NCBI GenBank assembly: GCA_963736875.1 | Contig: CAVTQH010000004.1 | Span: forward strand, 253,899 to 311,559 | Direction: 5' to 3' | From: Candidatus Amesbacteria bacterium | GTDB taxonomy: Bacteria > Patescibacteriota > Microgenomatia > CAZETR01 > Amesbacteraceae | Length of the DNA: 57,661 nucleotides | Part shown: in pieces, positions 9,454 through 18,356 of the stretch | Layout: the number at the start of each line of letters is the position of its first letter | Numbering within the stretch: the stretch's first letter is position 1 | Made by a program: the position numbers and the translations under genes | The notes under the pieces: model-generated | The model's input: the letters and a program-made list of their open reading frames with translations, nothing else | The model's database searches: none | What the model was told of the DNA's origin: nothing

Positions 9454-10275
9454 GTGAAGACCCGGTTAATCTTTTTCGGTTCCTTTCAAAACTATTCCGT
9501 CCAAATACTGGAACGATTATGCCGTGACTTTCAGGTAACGGCGGTAATAACCACCCCACCGGCCCCCAAAGGCCGGCATTTACACCTAGTCAAGAATGAA
9601 GCCCAAATTTACTCGGAAAAGCACAATCTTCCCTGTTTTACACTTGATACTTTGGATAATATCCCCTCTGATATTTCTCGGAATCCTCCCGATTTTATCG
9701 TCGTCTCCGGGTATGGAAAATTAATCCCCAAGATCTGGTTAAACCATCCCCAAATTATGTCGGTCAACATGCACCAATCATTACTCCCCCACTACGCCGG
9801 CCGGTGTCCTGCTGAATGGGCGATATTAAACGGGGAGACTCAAACCGGTGTAACTCTGATCCAAATGACGGAAAAATTTGATTCCGGGCCGATCTTGGCC
9901 CAAAAATCTCTTCCGATTGATCCCGAAGATACCCGCGAAACCCTCTACCGGAAGCTTTACGCCATGGGAGCGGAAATGTTAGTTTCCGCTCTACCTCAAA
10001 TCGCTTCCGGCCAAATTCAAGCTTATTCTCAACCCGGCGGAGACAATTTTTACGCCCGCCAGATTACCCGTCAGGACGGCTTCGTCCCCTGGGAAGAATT
10101 TCAGCATCAGCTGAAAACAAACGACCGGCAATTGGCGACAAAGCTGCGTGCCCTGGCCGGCTGGCCCGGGGTCTGGACTACCGATCCGGCAGGTAAACGT
10201 CTCAAATTGGTTTCTCTTTCTCCTCCCCTAGTGCAGTCCGAAGGTAAAACTCCTATACCGTGGCGGCAGCTTTAG
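9454..10275 (+). CDS. fmt: Methionyl-tRNA formyltransferase
   Basis: LIFFGS, VSGYGKLIP, NMHQSLLPHYAG..P, TGVTLIQM...DSGPI motifs; start placed at GTG 9454. Confidence 0.92.
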   Translation: MKTRLIFFGSFQNYSVQILERLCRDFQVTAVITTPPAPKGRHLHLVKNEAQIYSEKHNLPCFTLDTLDNIPSDISRNPPDFIVVSGYGKLIPKIWLNHPQIMSVNMHQSLLPHYAGRCPAEWAILNGETQTGVTLIQMTEKFDSGPILAQKSLPIDPEDTRETLYRKLYAMGAEMLVSALPQIASGQIQAYSQPGGDNFYARQITRQDGFVPWEEFQHQLKTNDRQLATKLRALAGWPGVWTTDPAGKRLKLVSLSPPLVQSEGKTPIPWRQL

Positions 10276-10489
10276 TTCCGGTCTCTGTCGCTTTTCTGCT
10301 TTCGCCTTTCAAAAGCCTCAGACACTTGGTACACAGCTTCATTCCCATCCATTTGTGCAGATTGGGTTTGAAAACCTTTCTGGTTCGCGGTGCCCGTTTC
10401 TTCCACCGTCCGCCGGCTACACCCCGCCTGTGGGCGTGAGTTCCGCCGTATTGGATTCCCCTGGCACAGTTGTCGCAAACGTATGACAT
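10253..10489 (-). CDS. rpmB: 50S ribosomal protein L28
   Basis: MSYVCDNC...RTRKVFKPNLH...KLCTKCLRLLK, the L28 pattern with CxxC pairs. Confidence 0.88.
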   Translation of the reverse strand: MSYVCDNCARGIQYGGTHAHRRGVAGGRWKKRAPRTRKVFKPNLHKWMGMKLCTKCLRLLKGESRKATETGTKAAATV

Positions 10490-10528
10490 AATAGATAGTG
10501 ATTTTATCATTGCCCGGTACCTTTTACT

Positions 10529-11146
10529 ATGTTGGATTTACTTTTATCCCAGCCTGCCGCTTTTGTATTGATCTTCGGTGGTCTGATTATCGCCATCGGG
10601 ATCCACGAAGCCGCTCATGCCTTCATGGCAGACTATCTGGGTGATCCTACTCCCCGATCGCTGGGCCGTACCAACCTTAATCCCCTGGTTCACCTTGATC
10701 CCCTGGGAACAATGGTGATTCTGGTTACAGGTGTCTTTGGTTGGGGTAAACCCGCCCCCTATGATCCCTTTAACCTCCGGCACCCCCGTCAGGATACCGC
10801 CCTGATCGCTCTGGCCGGGCCGGCGAGTAACATTATCCTGGCGGTTATTCTGTCAGCTGTTCTGCATTTTGTATCATTTCCACCTATTGTCTATACCATT
10901 TTTATCCGCCTCATAATTATCAACGTCTCATTGTCCGTCTTTAACCTCATGCCTGTCCCGCCTCTTGACGGTTCAAAAATCATCGGATTGTTTATGTCCA
11001 ACGAATCCGCTCTCCGGTTTCAAAATCAAAATGGCCTGATGCTTCTGGTTCTCATCCTCCTGCCTATTTTCGGAGGTTACTCCATCGCTTCCATTGTTAT
11101 TTCTCCCATTGCCACGGCAATTCTCAGGCTTCTCCTGCCGTCGTAA
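10529..11146 (+). CDS. Site-2 protease (M50) family membrane metalloprotease
   Basis: HEAAH, ALAGPASN and NLMPVPPLDG motifs. Confidence 0.93.
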   Translation: MLDLLLSQPAAFVLIFGGLIIAIGIHEAAHAFMADYLGDPTPRSLGRTNLNPLVHLDPLGTMVILVTGVFGWGKPAPYDPFNLRHPRQDTALIALAGPASNIILAVILSAVLHFVSFPPIVYTIFIRLIIINVSLSVFNLMPVPPLDGSKIIGLFMSNESALRFQNQNGLMLLVLILLPIFGGYSIASIVISPIATAILRLLLPS

Positions 11147-11160
11147 AGACATTGACAGCT

Positions 11161-11169
11161 TGGTATAAT
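11161..11169 (+). promoter_or_regulatory. Extended -10 promoter (TGn-TATAAT)
   Basis: TGGTATAAT; the predicted start at 11176 coincides with the first base of a long closing stem. Confidence 0.65.
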
Positions 11170-11175
11170 TAAATT

Positions 11176-11389
11176 GTCCTGCCGAGAGGGCAAGAACAAG
11201 GATATTTTCCTTGACTGTTTAAATCCCTTAGGGCTGGATATAAATAAGTAAAATTATATATATCCTAGGGCATAATTCTGCAAAGGTCCTAGTACCTGTG
11301 CAGACATTCCCGATTCGAAATTATTTCGGGAGAGCTCGCCCACTTAAATGAGCCTCGGGGAAAAACCTTGTCTACCCAATTGGCGGGAC
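11176..11389 (+). ncRNA. Structured non-coding RNA of unknown class (6S-like closing stem plus 4 hairpins)
   Basis: End-to-end pairing: GTCCTGCC/GGCGGGAC, GGG/CCC, ACAAGG/CCTTGT, TTTTCCTTGA/TCGGGGAAAA. Four internal hairpins. T7 tract at 11391-11397. No ORF. Confidence 0.7.
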
Positions 11390-11438
11390 ATTTTTTTCGT
11401 GTAGCGTAGATTGTTGTAAAATTACTCTGGCTACTATT

Positions 11439-11510
11439 GCCGCCTTAGCTCAGTGGCAGAGCAATTGTTTTGTAAACAATAGGTCCTCGGTCCGAATCCG
11501 AGAGGCGGCT
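11439..11510 (+). tRNA. tRNA-Thr(TGT)
   Basis: Acceptor GCCGCCT/AGGCGGC, anticodon arm ATTGT-TTTGTAA-ACAAT. Confidence 0.95.
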
Positions 11511-11557
11511 CCCAAAAACAAACACTAATTTGCAAATGGTAATATAATCTAGTTAAC

Positions 11558-12187
11558 ATGGACATTGACACGATAAAGAAGCTGTACTACAGAGAAAAAT
11601 TAGGTTCACGGGAAATCGCCACAAGGCTAAATAAAACAGTTTGGCAAATTCTCCGTTTTATGAAAAAACACCATCTCAAATGCAGAACTACCGCAGAAAC
11701 CAATAAATTTAAATTTAACAGAACTCCCCTCTCTTATAATAAAAAGGTTCATATGAACGCTCAGGAAAAACAATTATTTGAAAACGGTTTAATGCTGTAT
11801 TGGGCAGAAGGATGTAACCAAACTAATAAAGTCGTGGATATGTCAAATTCTAATCCTAAAATGGTAAAAATATTTCTAAATCTATTAACAAATGTTTATC
11901 AGGTGGATCAAAAACGTATTAGAGTGCTTCTGTATTGCTATCAAAATCAGGATATTAATAATCTCAGAAAATTCTGGTCAAATTTTTTAGACATCCCCCT
12001 GTCCCAGTTCATTAAACCGTATATCAGAAAGGACTTTGATCTCAATAAAAATACAAAAATGCCATATGGCTTGGCACACATTCGCTACGCAGATACGAGA
12101 TTACTGGCTCAAATATTCAAAGATATTGATATAATTTCAGGTAAACTTTGCCGGGATGGTGGAGTGGACAATCACACGAGTCTGTAA
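11558..12187 (+). CDS. HTH + LAGLIDADG-like endonuclease-family protein
   Basis: N-terminal HTH-like segment (SREIATRLNKTVWQILRFMKK), GLMLYWAEG helix and SNSNPKMVKIF; 3' end overlaps tRNA-Tyr. Confidence 0.7.
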   Translation: MDIDTIKKLYYREKLGSREIATRLNKTVWQILRFMKKHHLKCRTTAETNKFKFNRTPLSYNKKVHMNAQEKQLFENGLMLYWAEGCNQTNKVVDMSNSNPKMVKIFLNLLTNVYQVDQKRIRVLLYCYQNQDINNLRKFWSNFLDIPLSQFIKPYIRKDFDLNKNTKMPYGLAHIRYADTRLLAQIFKDIDIISGKLCRDGGVDNHTSL

Positions 12188-12232
12188 AACTCGCGCCTTA
12201 TGGCTACCCAGGTTCGAATCCTGGTCCCGGCA
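12150..12232 (+). tRNA. tRNA-Tyr(GTA)
   Basis: Acceptor GCCGGGA/TCCCGGC, anticodon arm CGAGT-CTGTAAA-ACTCG, long variable arm, TTCGAAT T-loop. Confidence 0.95.
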
Positions 12233-12253
12233 CAAATCTGCTACAATTACCCT

Positions 12254-12607
12254 ATGGCTTTTAAATTCCAGTCCCATGTTGTCTATGAACAGCTAAGCCT
12301 TTTTACTAAAGAAATCTTCGTTCTAACCGGCCGTCTTCCCAATTATGAAAGCAATGGTTTGATCCAGCAAATCAGAAACTTAGGGAGCGGTCTCCTTCAG
12401 GATTTTGCCCAGGGATATATCCGTACCGAGCATTCGGATCCCAAAGTCGCTTTGGATAAATGCATCATTTCCGTCGCCAAAATCGCTTCCTTAATAGATC
12501 TGAGTTGTCAGCTGGGGTATATTGATCACCCCACCCACACCAAACATATTTTATCCTGTGACGAGATTACCAAGCGCTTGTACGAAACGCAAAAATCCCA
12601 CAAGTAA
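12254..12607 (+). CDS. Four-helix-bundle protein (23S rRNA IVS/bAvd-like family)
   Basis: LPNYESNGLIQQIRNLG...FAQGY...LSCQLGYI pattern; TGCTACAAT 7 nt before ATG 12254. Confidence 0.75.
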   Translation: MAFKFQSHVVYEQLSLFTKEIFVLTGRLPNYESNGLIQQIRNLGSGLLQDFAQGYIRTEHSDPKVALDKCIISVAKIASLIDLSCQLGYIDHPTHTKHILSCDEITKRLYETQKSHK

Positions 12608-12630
12608 ACCGTTAGAAAATCAGTCGGTTA

Positions 12631-13107
12631 TTACTTCCCGGCCGATCTCTTCTTTAAAAAAGGCGGCAATTCCGAGTGTGTCAGGCTTTTAATTTCCGGC
12701 TTATTCTCCTTCAATATTCGTAAAGTAGCTCTACTTCTGCGCTTCATTTCTTTTAGTATTTGATCCGTTTGCTCTTTTAATACGGCTACCCGTTCCGGGG
12801 CATCCTTTTCCAAAGACGCCAGGACCGCAGGCACTTTAATAGCCCAGATATCCGCAATCTCTGACCGGGTTTGAGCAATCTTTAATTTTGCAGCCTCCAG
12901 CCTCTGCCTGTCTGCTTCTAATCTCAGGTGTTCCCGCCAGGCTGCCGACTCAGGCGATTCGGGAAAGGCTTTGCTAATAAATTTCAATGCTTCATCCGAA
13001 ACCTGCTTCCATGCAGGCGTATACTGCCTGATCAGGATTAAACGCCGGTTTAGGTTCTCATCTGCTTCCGGAGTTTGCCCTCCAAATCCGTTTTTCCTTT
13101 CAGGCAT
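12631..13107 (-). CDS. Hypothetical coiled-coil protein
   Basis: ATG 13107 overlaps the upstream stop codon (ATGCCTGA), consistent with translational coupling. Confidence 0.6.
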   Translation of the reverse strand: MPERKNGFGGQTPEADENLNRRLILIRQYTPAWKQVSDEALKFISKAFPESPESAAWREHLRLEADRQRLEAAKLKIAQTRSEIADIWAIKVPAVLASLEKDAPERVAVLKEQTDQILKEMKRRSRATLRILKENKPEIKSLTHSELPPFLKKRSAGK

Positions 13108-14662
13108 CGGTTTCACCTCCGTTCTCCGGTTTATTCGGCCCCCCGCAACGGGAACAGACCGAACCGGCCTCAAGCGTCTGGCCGCAATATTCACAAACTC
13201 TCATCACTCCCCGCTTCCTGTCCTGATCAACTATCAAATCGCGCAATTTTGTAATATTTTCCTCAACACCCTCTATCAAACGCCGGCCGGCATTTAATGT
13301 TACTATGTCACTCTTTCTCGTCGGTATACCGCTTTCGTCAACCCAGTTTGAAGCTTCTATCGCTGTTCGAAACAACCTCTCTTCGATTTGCCGCTTCTTT
13401 TCCATCAACCGCTGAATCGGTGAACTATAATCCATTTGGGCATCCTTTCCCAACTCAATATCAACTTCCGTGACCAGATCCCCCTGAGGCAGTAAACCTA
13501 AAACCACTTTCGGCCTGATCGGAAATTCATAAACCGCTTCATGCTCAAAAAGTGCCTTCCTGGCAAATTCTTCCGCCTGTATAAAATCCCGGTTTAGCAG
13601 TGCCAAATCAGCAATCCGTCTGATGGCATGATCCGCATCTCTGACCACCATTCTGGCCAAATCCTCATCCTTCTCATAATCCACCAGCACCATCACTTCA
13701 CTTAAATTCAGTTTATTCTGGAGGGAATTTACTGTCGGCTGCAGAAATTGAGTTGCCTTTTGCCGCAGCAGGTCAAAGGTGGAAATTGAACCTTTTTGGA
13801 TCAGAATATCTTGTACCGCCTGTTCCCCGCTGCTGATCTTGTCCAGGGGGAATTTTTTAAAATCCGGAGACCCACCCCTGGATTTCATCCGGCGTACGTC
13901 ACTGACTGACAGATAAGTCGGGCTTAGCCCCCACAATGTATTTTCCAGTTCCGTCTGCTCTCCCGGATCCATTATTAAATGCGCCGTAATCAGATCCGGT
14001 ATAAACACTACTTTGGGTGTTTGCCCCTGCATCGCCTCTAATGCCTGGTGAATTCTGTCATAAAACGATTGCAATTCCGCTCTGCTTCTGGCCAGAGCCA
14101 TATCATTTGACCTGGAGCTTACATGTCGGTGTAATATGCCTGCCAGATCCTTGGCTTTTCTAATTCCCAGCAGTAGCTGCAGTTCAGCGGCAATTACTTT
14201 TTCTTCCCGGGTCGGAGGATATTCATTGTCCAACTGGCCGGTATTTACTCTTTTGGTTAATTCTTTCGCCTCACTTATAATTTTTGATTCCAAATCCCTG
14301 ATTAAATCATAGTTTTCCGGAATAATACCCATGAATTTTTGCTCCAGACCCGTTACTACCCTCTCCACATTTTCAGGAAATGACAATTCCGCTTTTTCTG
14401 CTCCGGCTTTTCCGGCTACGGCATTTCCCAGACCGGCGATTTTCTCCTGCTGCCTGTCTATCCATGACATCCCTCCCCGGGGCGTTTTCCTGGTTAAAAT
14501 ATATGCCAGACCGATTCTGGCTAAAGCTTCTGCTACTCCCGGCTCATGGTTAAACGGTATAACTTCACCATCGGGTGATATATTTGTCTCCGGCGGCAAA
14601 CCTAATCTCTCACGCCTTTCAGCTTGGAGCTGTGCCCATTTGGCCTCGTACGGATTTGGCAT
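13100..14662 (-). CDS. Hypothetical helical protein with C-terminal zinc ribbon
   Basis: 520-aa ORF ending CEYCGQTLEAGSVCSRCGGP. Confidence 0.75.
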   Translation of the reverse strand: MPNPYEAKWAQLQAERRERLGLPPETNISPDGEVIPFNHEPGVAEALARIGLAYILTRKTPRGGMSWIDRQQEKIAGLGNAVAGKAGAEKAELSFPENVERVVTGLEQKFMGIIPENYDLIRDLESKIISEAKELTKRVNTGQLDNEYPPTREEKVIAAELQLLLGIRKAKDLAGILHRHVSSRSNDMALARSRAELQSFYDRIHQALEAMQGQTPKVVFIPDLITAHLIMDPGEQTELENTLWGLSPTYLSVSDVRRMKSRGGSPDFKKFPLDKISSGEQAVQDILIQKGSISTFDLLRQKATQFLQPTVNSLQNKLNLSEVMVLVDYEKDEDLARMVVRDADHAIRRIADLALLNRDFIQAEEFARKALFEHEAVYEFPIRPKVVLGLLPQGDLVTEVDIELGKDAQMDYSSPIQRLMEKKRQIEERLFRTAIEASNWVDESGIPTRKSDIVTLNAGRRLIEGVEENITKLRDLIVDQDRKRGVMRVCEYCGQTLEAGSVCSRCGGPNKPENGGETDA

Positions 14663-14707
14663 AAAGTAATAATTTCAAAATAATAATATCGGGCAGAAGA
14701 AAAACCG

Positions 14708-15157
14708 TTATGACCGGGCAGTGTCGCGGGATTTGCTCTTGTTTGTGTCAGTGTTTTGGCCAATATTACCGTTTTTGGGTATTGGTTTTGTTCGCACACC
14801 CTGCTTCCGGCTTTCCGCTTGTGCCATTGAAAATAAGGCCAGTGTTATTCTCTGAAACAAAGTCCCCCAGTACCCGGTCTGCTTTTCCCTTCCGGCCTTT
14901 ACCGGTACTTCTTCATCGGGTATTTGCTTCTCTGTTTTCCTCCCCTGAGATTTTTCTCCGATCATGGCCCGCCACCTGTCCGCCCCGGGCGGCTGCCACC
15001 CCTCGGTTTTTTTCATGCCTTCCGCAAATTCATCAACTGCGGACTGTCCCGCCTGATATAAACGGGTTTTCATCCGGTCATCCGCTCCGGCCAGAAAAGC
15101 CCCGATTTTCCCGACTTTTTTATCATTTTCTTTAAAAGACATATGGTATTCTAACAA
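14708..15157 (-). CDS. Hypothetical protein
   Basis: 149-aa ORF co-oriented with its neighbours. Confidence 0.55.
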   Translation of the reverse strand: MLEYHMSFKENDKKVGKIGAFLAGADDRMKTRLYQAGQSAVDEFAEGMKKTEGWQPPGADRWRAMIGEKSQGRKTEKQIPDEEVPVKAGREKQTGYWGTLFQRITLALFSMAQAESRKQGVRTKPIPKNGNIGQNTDTNKSKSRDTARS

Positions 15158-15461
15158 TCAACCTATAATATTTCAAGTAAAAAAATACACTTGCGTCGGT
15201 CATGGTGATGGGGGGTTTAAAAAAAGCTCTTGAAAAACTGAAAATAAATTCAGTGGCTTAAACCCGTATCCATACAAACCCTGCCGACGCAAGTGTTGAG
15301 GTGAATCTAAATAGTTACTTCTTGTTGAGTATCCTCCAATCTTTAATGTTGGATCGTTGCCGCATGTAACCAGCCCTCTAAATCGTTCCATATCACCCTT
15401 ACCCTTCTGGTCTCTCCCCCAATATCGTAATCATCGATGCATGATGTTTCAAGCACGTTTA

Positions 15462-15965
15462 CTACTTGATTTTTTGGTATTTCGGCAATAATGGGTGTGG
15501 TTCCGAGAGGACCGGAGTGTAAGCGAGGCAGTGGGATCCCATATGACTGATGTGATTACCGGTGGGGATTTGCGGACAAACTGACTGGGTTGGATTTGGA
15601 GTGTTGGCTTGCGTTGGACTGGGTCCTCCTTGTGTTGGTACAACCATCGGAGTTCCGATTGGCGGCAAAGCTCCCCATTCCTCACGGATTTCGATTATGG
15701 TGTTATTGGCTGCAATAAAAGCCTTTAGAGGGAACCATCCCGCATACCAAATCAATCCTAAGGCTAATCCGCTTAGAGCTGCAAAAAACAGAACTGTTAG
15801 CAACAAATGGATTACTCCCAACATACGTCCTGCAGCATACTCTTCAGCTTTATGCCAAATCTTCAATCCGATCCATATTCCAAAACCAAACAGTGCCAAT
15901 GCCCACCAGTATTCGGCTATGTAACCCGCTATGAAATTTAATATACTGAGAAATTTTTCAAACAT
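15462..15965 (-). CDS. Membrane protein with Pro/Thr-rich tail
   Basis: Two TM helices; AGGAGG Shine-Dalgarno upstream of ATG 15965. Confidence 0.7.
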   Translation of the reverse strand: MFEKFLSILNFIAGYIAEYWWALALFGFGIWIGLKIWHKAEEYAAGRMLGVIHLLLTVLFFAALSGLALGLIWYAGWFPLKAFIAANNTIIEIREEWGALPPIGTPMVVPTQGGPSPTQANTPNPTQSVCPQIPTGNHISHMGSHCLAYTPVLSEPHPLLPKYQKIK

Positions 15966-16067
15966 TTTATTACCTCCTGGTCAAATCTTTTGTTGTTATT
16001 CATTTCTTATCTCTTATCGTAATTTTTATCTCTTTGCCTCCTTTCTTTTTCTGTCATTTCTCATTTC

Positions 16068-18356
16068 TTACCTCCATTGAAGGTACTTCGCCATTACCAG
16101 ATCTATGTATTCCTGTCCCCCATACCAGTTGTAATGATGAGCGGCCTCAGCATAGCTTCCGTATTGGCGGTAATGTGATGCCAAAATTTGTGATCCCCAG
16201 AGAACATTCATTTCCGGATCTTTGAGTTCTTCGATTGTAGGTCGACCTTTGAAGCAATGTCCTCCGCAGCTTAAGGCTCCGCAGGCAATCGTTTTCGGGG
16301 TTAAATCCGAAGGCATTATCTGCATCAGTCCTACTGCATCACACTCAGACATCGCGTCCGGATCTCCTTTTGACTCTACATCCATAACTGCTGCAATAAA
16401 CGCAGAGTCAATCGAAAACTCTTCGGAATTTTGGTCGATAAGGTCACACCAGCGTCGGATTCTCTCGGGAACACTTGATTTTAACGAACATTCCCCCGGA
16501 ACCGGTGGAGTCGGTGGATCAGGTGTTTCACCCGAAACTTTCCCTGCCAGGTAAGCCGCCACCAGTATAAAAAGCACCAGTGCTGTAACGACTATACCCA
16601 GATTCCCCAGACATCCTCTTAACTTTTTTCTCACTACATAGTGACCTTTATGATTCCTGGTAACCCGGACATATACTCTCACCCTTAAAAACAGGTTGAT
16701 TACAATGGCTGTTGCCAAAGCTGCAATCTTCCAGTTTGCTAAAAGAGTGATTCCGGTCAGCCAAGCCCAAAGAGCCTGTGAACTTATTTCTCTTATTTGC
16801 GGCCAGAAAAGCCATATTAAAGCCAGCTCAACTAACCACCACCTCAGACTCTCGAAAAAGGCTGACTTCCCTATTCTCCACCAATATGGACCATGATCTT
16901 TAATCCACACCAGTGCCTCTGATGACTTATGCGGAAATAACCACACAATCAACAGGAAGACAATCCCCGTCATCAGTAGTCCGCCCAGGCAGTAAAGCCA
17001 GGAAGGAATAGCCGGAGGAGTGGGATTTGGTGGAACTTCAGATTCAGATTCCATCCACATGGTCAGGGTATCCCCGTCAATCTTCCAGTGCAAAATAACC
17101 GGATAGTCAAAGGGGTTAGTTACCCTGACATCCATCTCGGCACATTTGTAGTTCACTGAGGGGATACATACCGTAGCTACATATTGCTGGGGTACACCGG
17201 GTACAGGTGCATGTGTCGGATTATCACGCTCGACCTCCAATTTTCCCATAGATGCCACATAAGACACCATGGAGGCTGAATTGCATGAACCATCACCGAT
17301 TCCACCTGTACTTGGTACTACCATTCCCTGCTCCCTTTCGTATTTTTTACTTCCGAAAAAGGCGTTTACACTGTGTGTACCTGGGGTTATGGTCCATCCG
17401 CCTTCAAAATTGTTTAAATCCATCTGGTTCATTTTCGAAAGATCTTCTCCCGAAGTCGGCCAGGCAAAAAATGCACGGACATTGTGTTGATAATCCGTAT
17501 CGCCGGGTTTTTGGTCACTGATGGAAAATTGGAATTTTGAAGGTTCAGGTGTTGGTACTGGTGTTGGAATTGGTGTAGGAATGACTTCTTCCCTGCCACG
17601 AATCAGGTTAAACAAAACCCCGAATCCGTCTTCCAGATATTTTGTTATCCGGGTAATTTCCGGGTGGTCGTCAAACCAATTAATGATGACGTCTAAAATT
17701 TTCACCCAGGCTGATAATTTATCACGCAGTTCTTTAAGTTTTTTAAGCCATTCCGGATCATTTGGATTTGGTGGATTTGGCGGTTCAGGTGGTTCAGGTG
17801 GTTCAGGCGGACCCGGAGGGGTATCATCTATTCCATCCCAAAATTGGTCATGGTTTTTAATGTTTTCCCCTGAAATCAGGTCCCTAAACCAGCAATGACA
17901 ATGCGGTTCCGAACTCCTGCCGATTGAATCAACCCAACCTATCACTTCACCCGCATCCACATGCTTAATTCCGTTAACTTTGCATCTTAGATGTAGAGCT
18001 CCGAACTCGTATTTTCCGCTGTCGCTTTTTAAAGCAAAAACAGTGTTCCCGACACCGTCATGGTAACAGGTGGCAGTGGTCGTACCGGAAAACGGGGCTA
18101 AAATCTCAGTACCTCTCGAAGCTATGTAATCATAACCTTTGATAGGCCCTGCAACGCAGCTCCCGTCTTCACATCCGTCATGATAATAGGGTGACCCCCA
18201 TCTCTCCAGGATGTACCAATCAGTACCTTCCGGGAATATAAAAAATGGTCCCGGGTGAGACGACGCACGTGTAGTTGAGACATCAAAGATGCTCAACAGC
18301 GCAACCAGGAGTAATAATCCCAGTGCGCAAAGTAAGACTTTCTTTCTTTCCCGCAT
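16068..18356 (-). CDS. Multidomain cell-wall enzyme: M23-like + VanW-like + TM helices + SLT lytic transglycosylase
   Basis: GYDY..TEILAPFSG..VDAGEVIG..SSEPHCH (M23); GDGSCNSASMV..VATV..TNPFDYPVIL (VanW-like); AVMDVESKGDPDA..GLMQIMP (SLT); AAGGAG SD before ATG 18356. Confidence 0.82.
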   Translation of the reverse strand: MRERKKVLLCALGLLLLVALLSIFDVSTTRASSHPGPFFIFPEGTDWYILERWGSPYYHDGCEDGSCVAGPIKGYDYIASRGTEILAPFSGTTTATCYHDGVGNTVFALKSDSGKYEFGALHLRCKVNGIKHVDAGEVIGWVDSIGRSSEPHCHCWFRDLISGENIKNHDQFWDGIDDTPPGPPEPPEPPEPPNPPNPNDPEWLKKLKELRDKLSAWVKILDVIINWFDDHPEITRITKYLEDGFGVLFNLIRGREEVIPTPIPTPVPTPEPSKFQFSISDQKPGDTDYQHNVRAFFAWPTSGEDLSKMNQMDLNNFEGGWTITPGTHSVNAFFGSKKYEREQGMVVPSTGGIGDGSCNSASMVSYVASMGKLEVERDNPTHAPVPGVPQQYVATVCIPSVNYKCAEMDVRVTNPFDYPVILHWKIDGDTLTMWMESESEVPPNPTPPAIPSWLYCLGGLLMTGIVFLLIVWLFPHKSSEALVWIKDHGPYWWRIGKSAFFESLRWWLVELALIWLFWPQIREISSQALWAWLTGITLLANWKIAALATAIVINLFLRVRVYVRVTRNHKGHYVVRKKLRGCLGNLGIVVTALVLFILVAAYLAGKVSGETPDPPTPPVPGECSLKSSVPERIRRWCDLIDQNSEEFSIDSAFIAAVMDVESKGDPDAMSECDAVGLMQIMPSDLTPKTIACGALSCGGHCFKGRPTIEELKDPEMNVLWGSQILASHYRQYGSYAEAAHHYNWYGGQEYIDLVMAKYLQWR

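Noticed and set aside
11176-11389. SRP RNA, RNase P RNA or tmRNA identity
   Set aside because: No SRP helix-8 motif, no RNase P P4 (GAAAGTCC) motif and no tRNA-like ends on either strand.
12254-12607. Four-helix-bundle (bAvd-like) gene as a sign of a diversity-generating retroelement
   Set aside because: No reverse transcriptase, and no TR/VR pair differing only at adenines. Differences among the dockerin copies are mostly synonymous and not A-specific.
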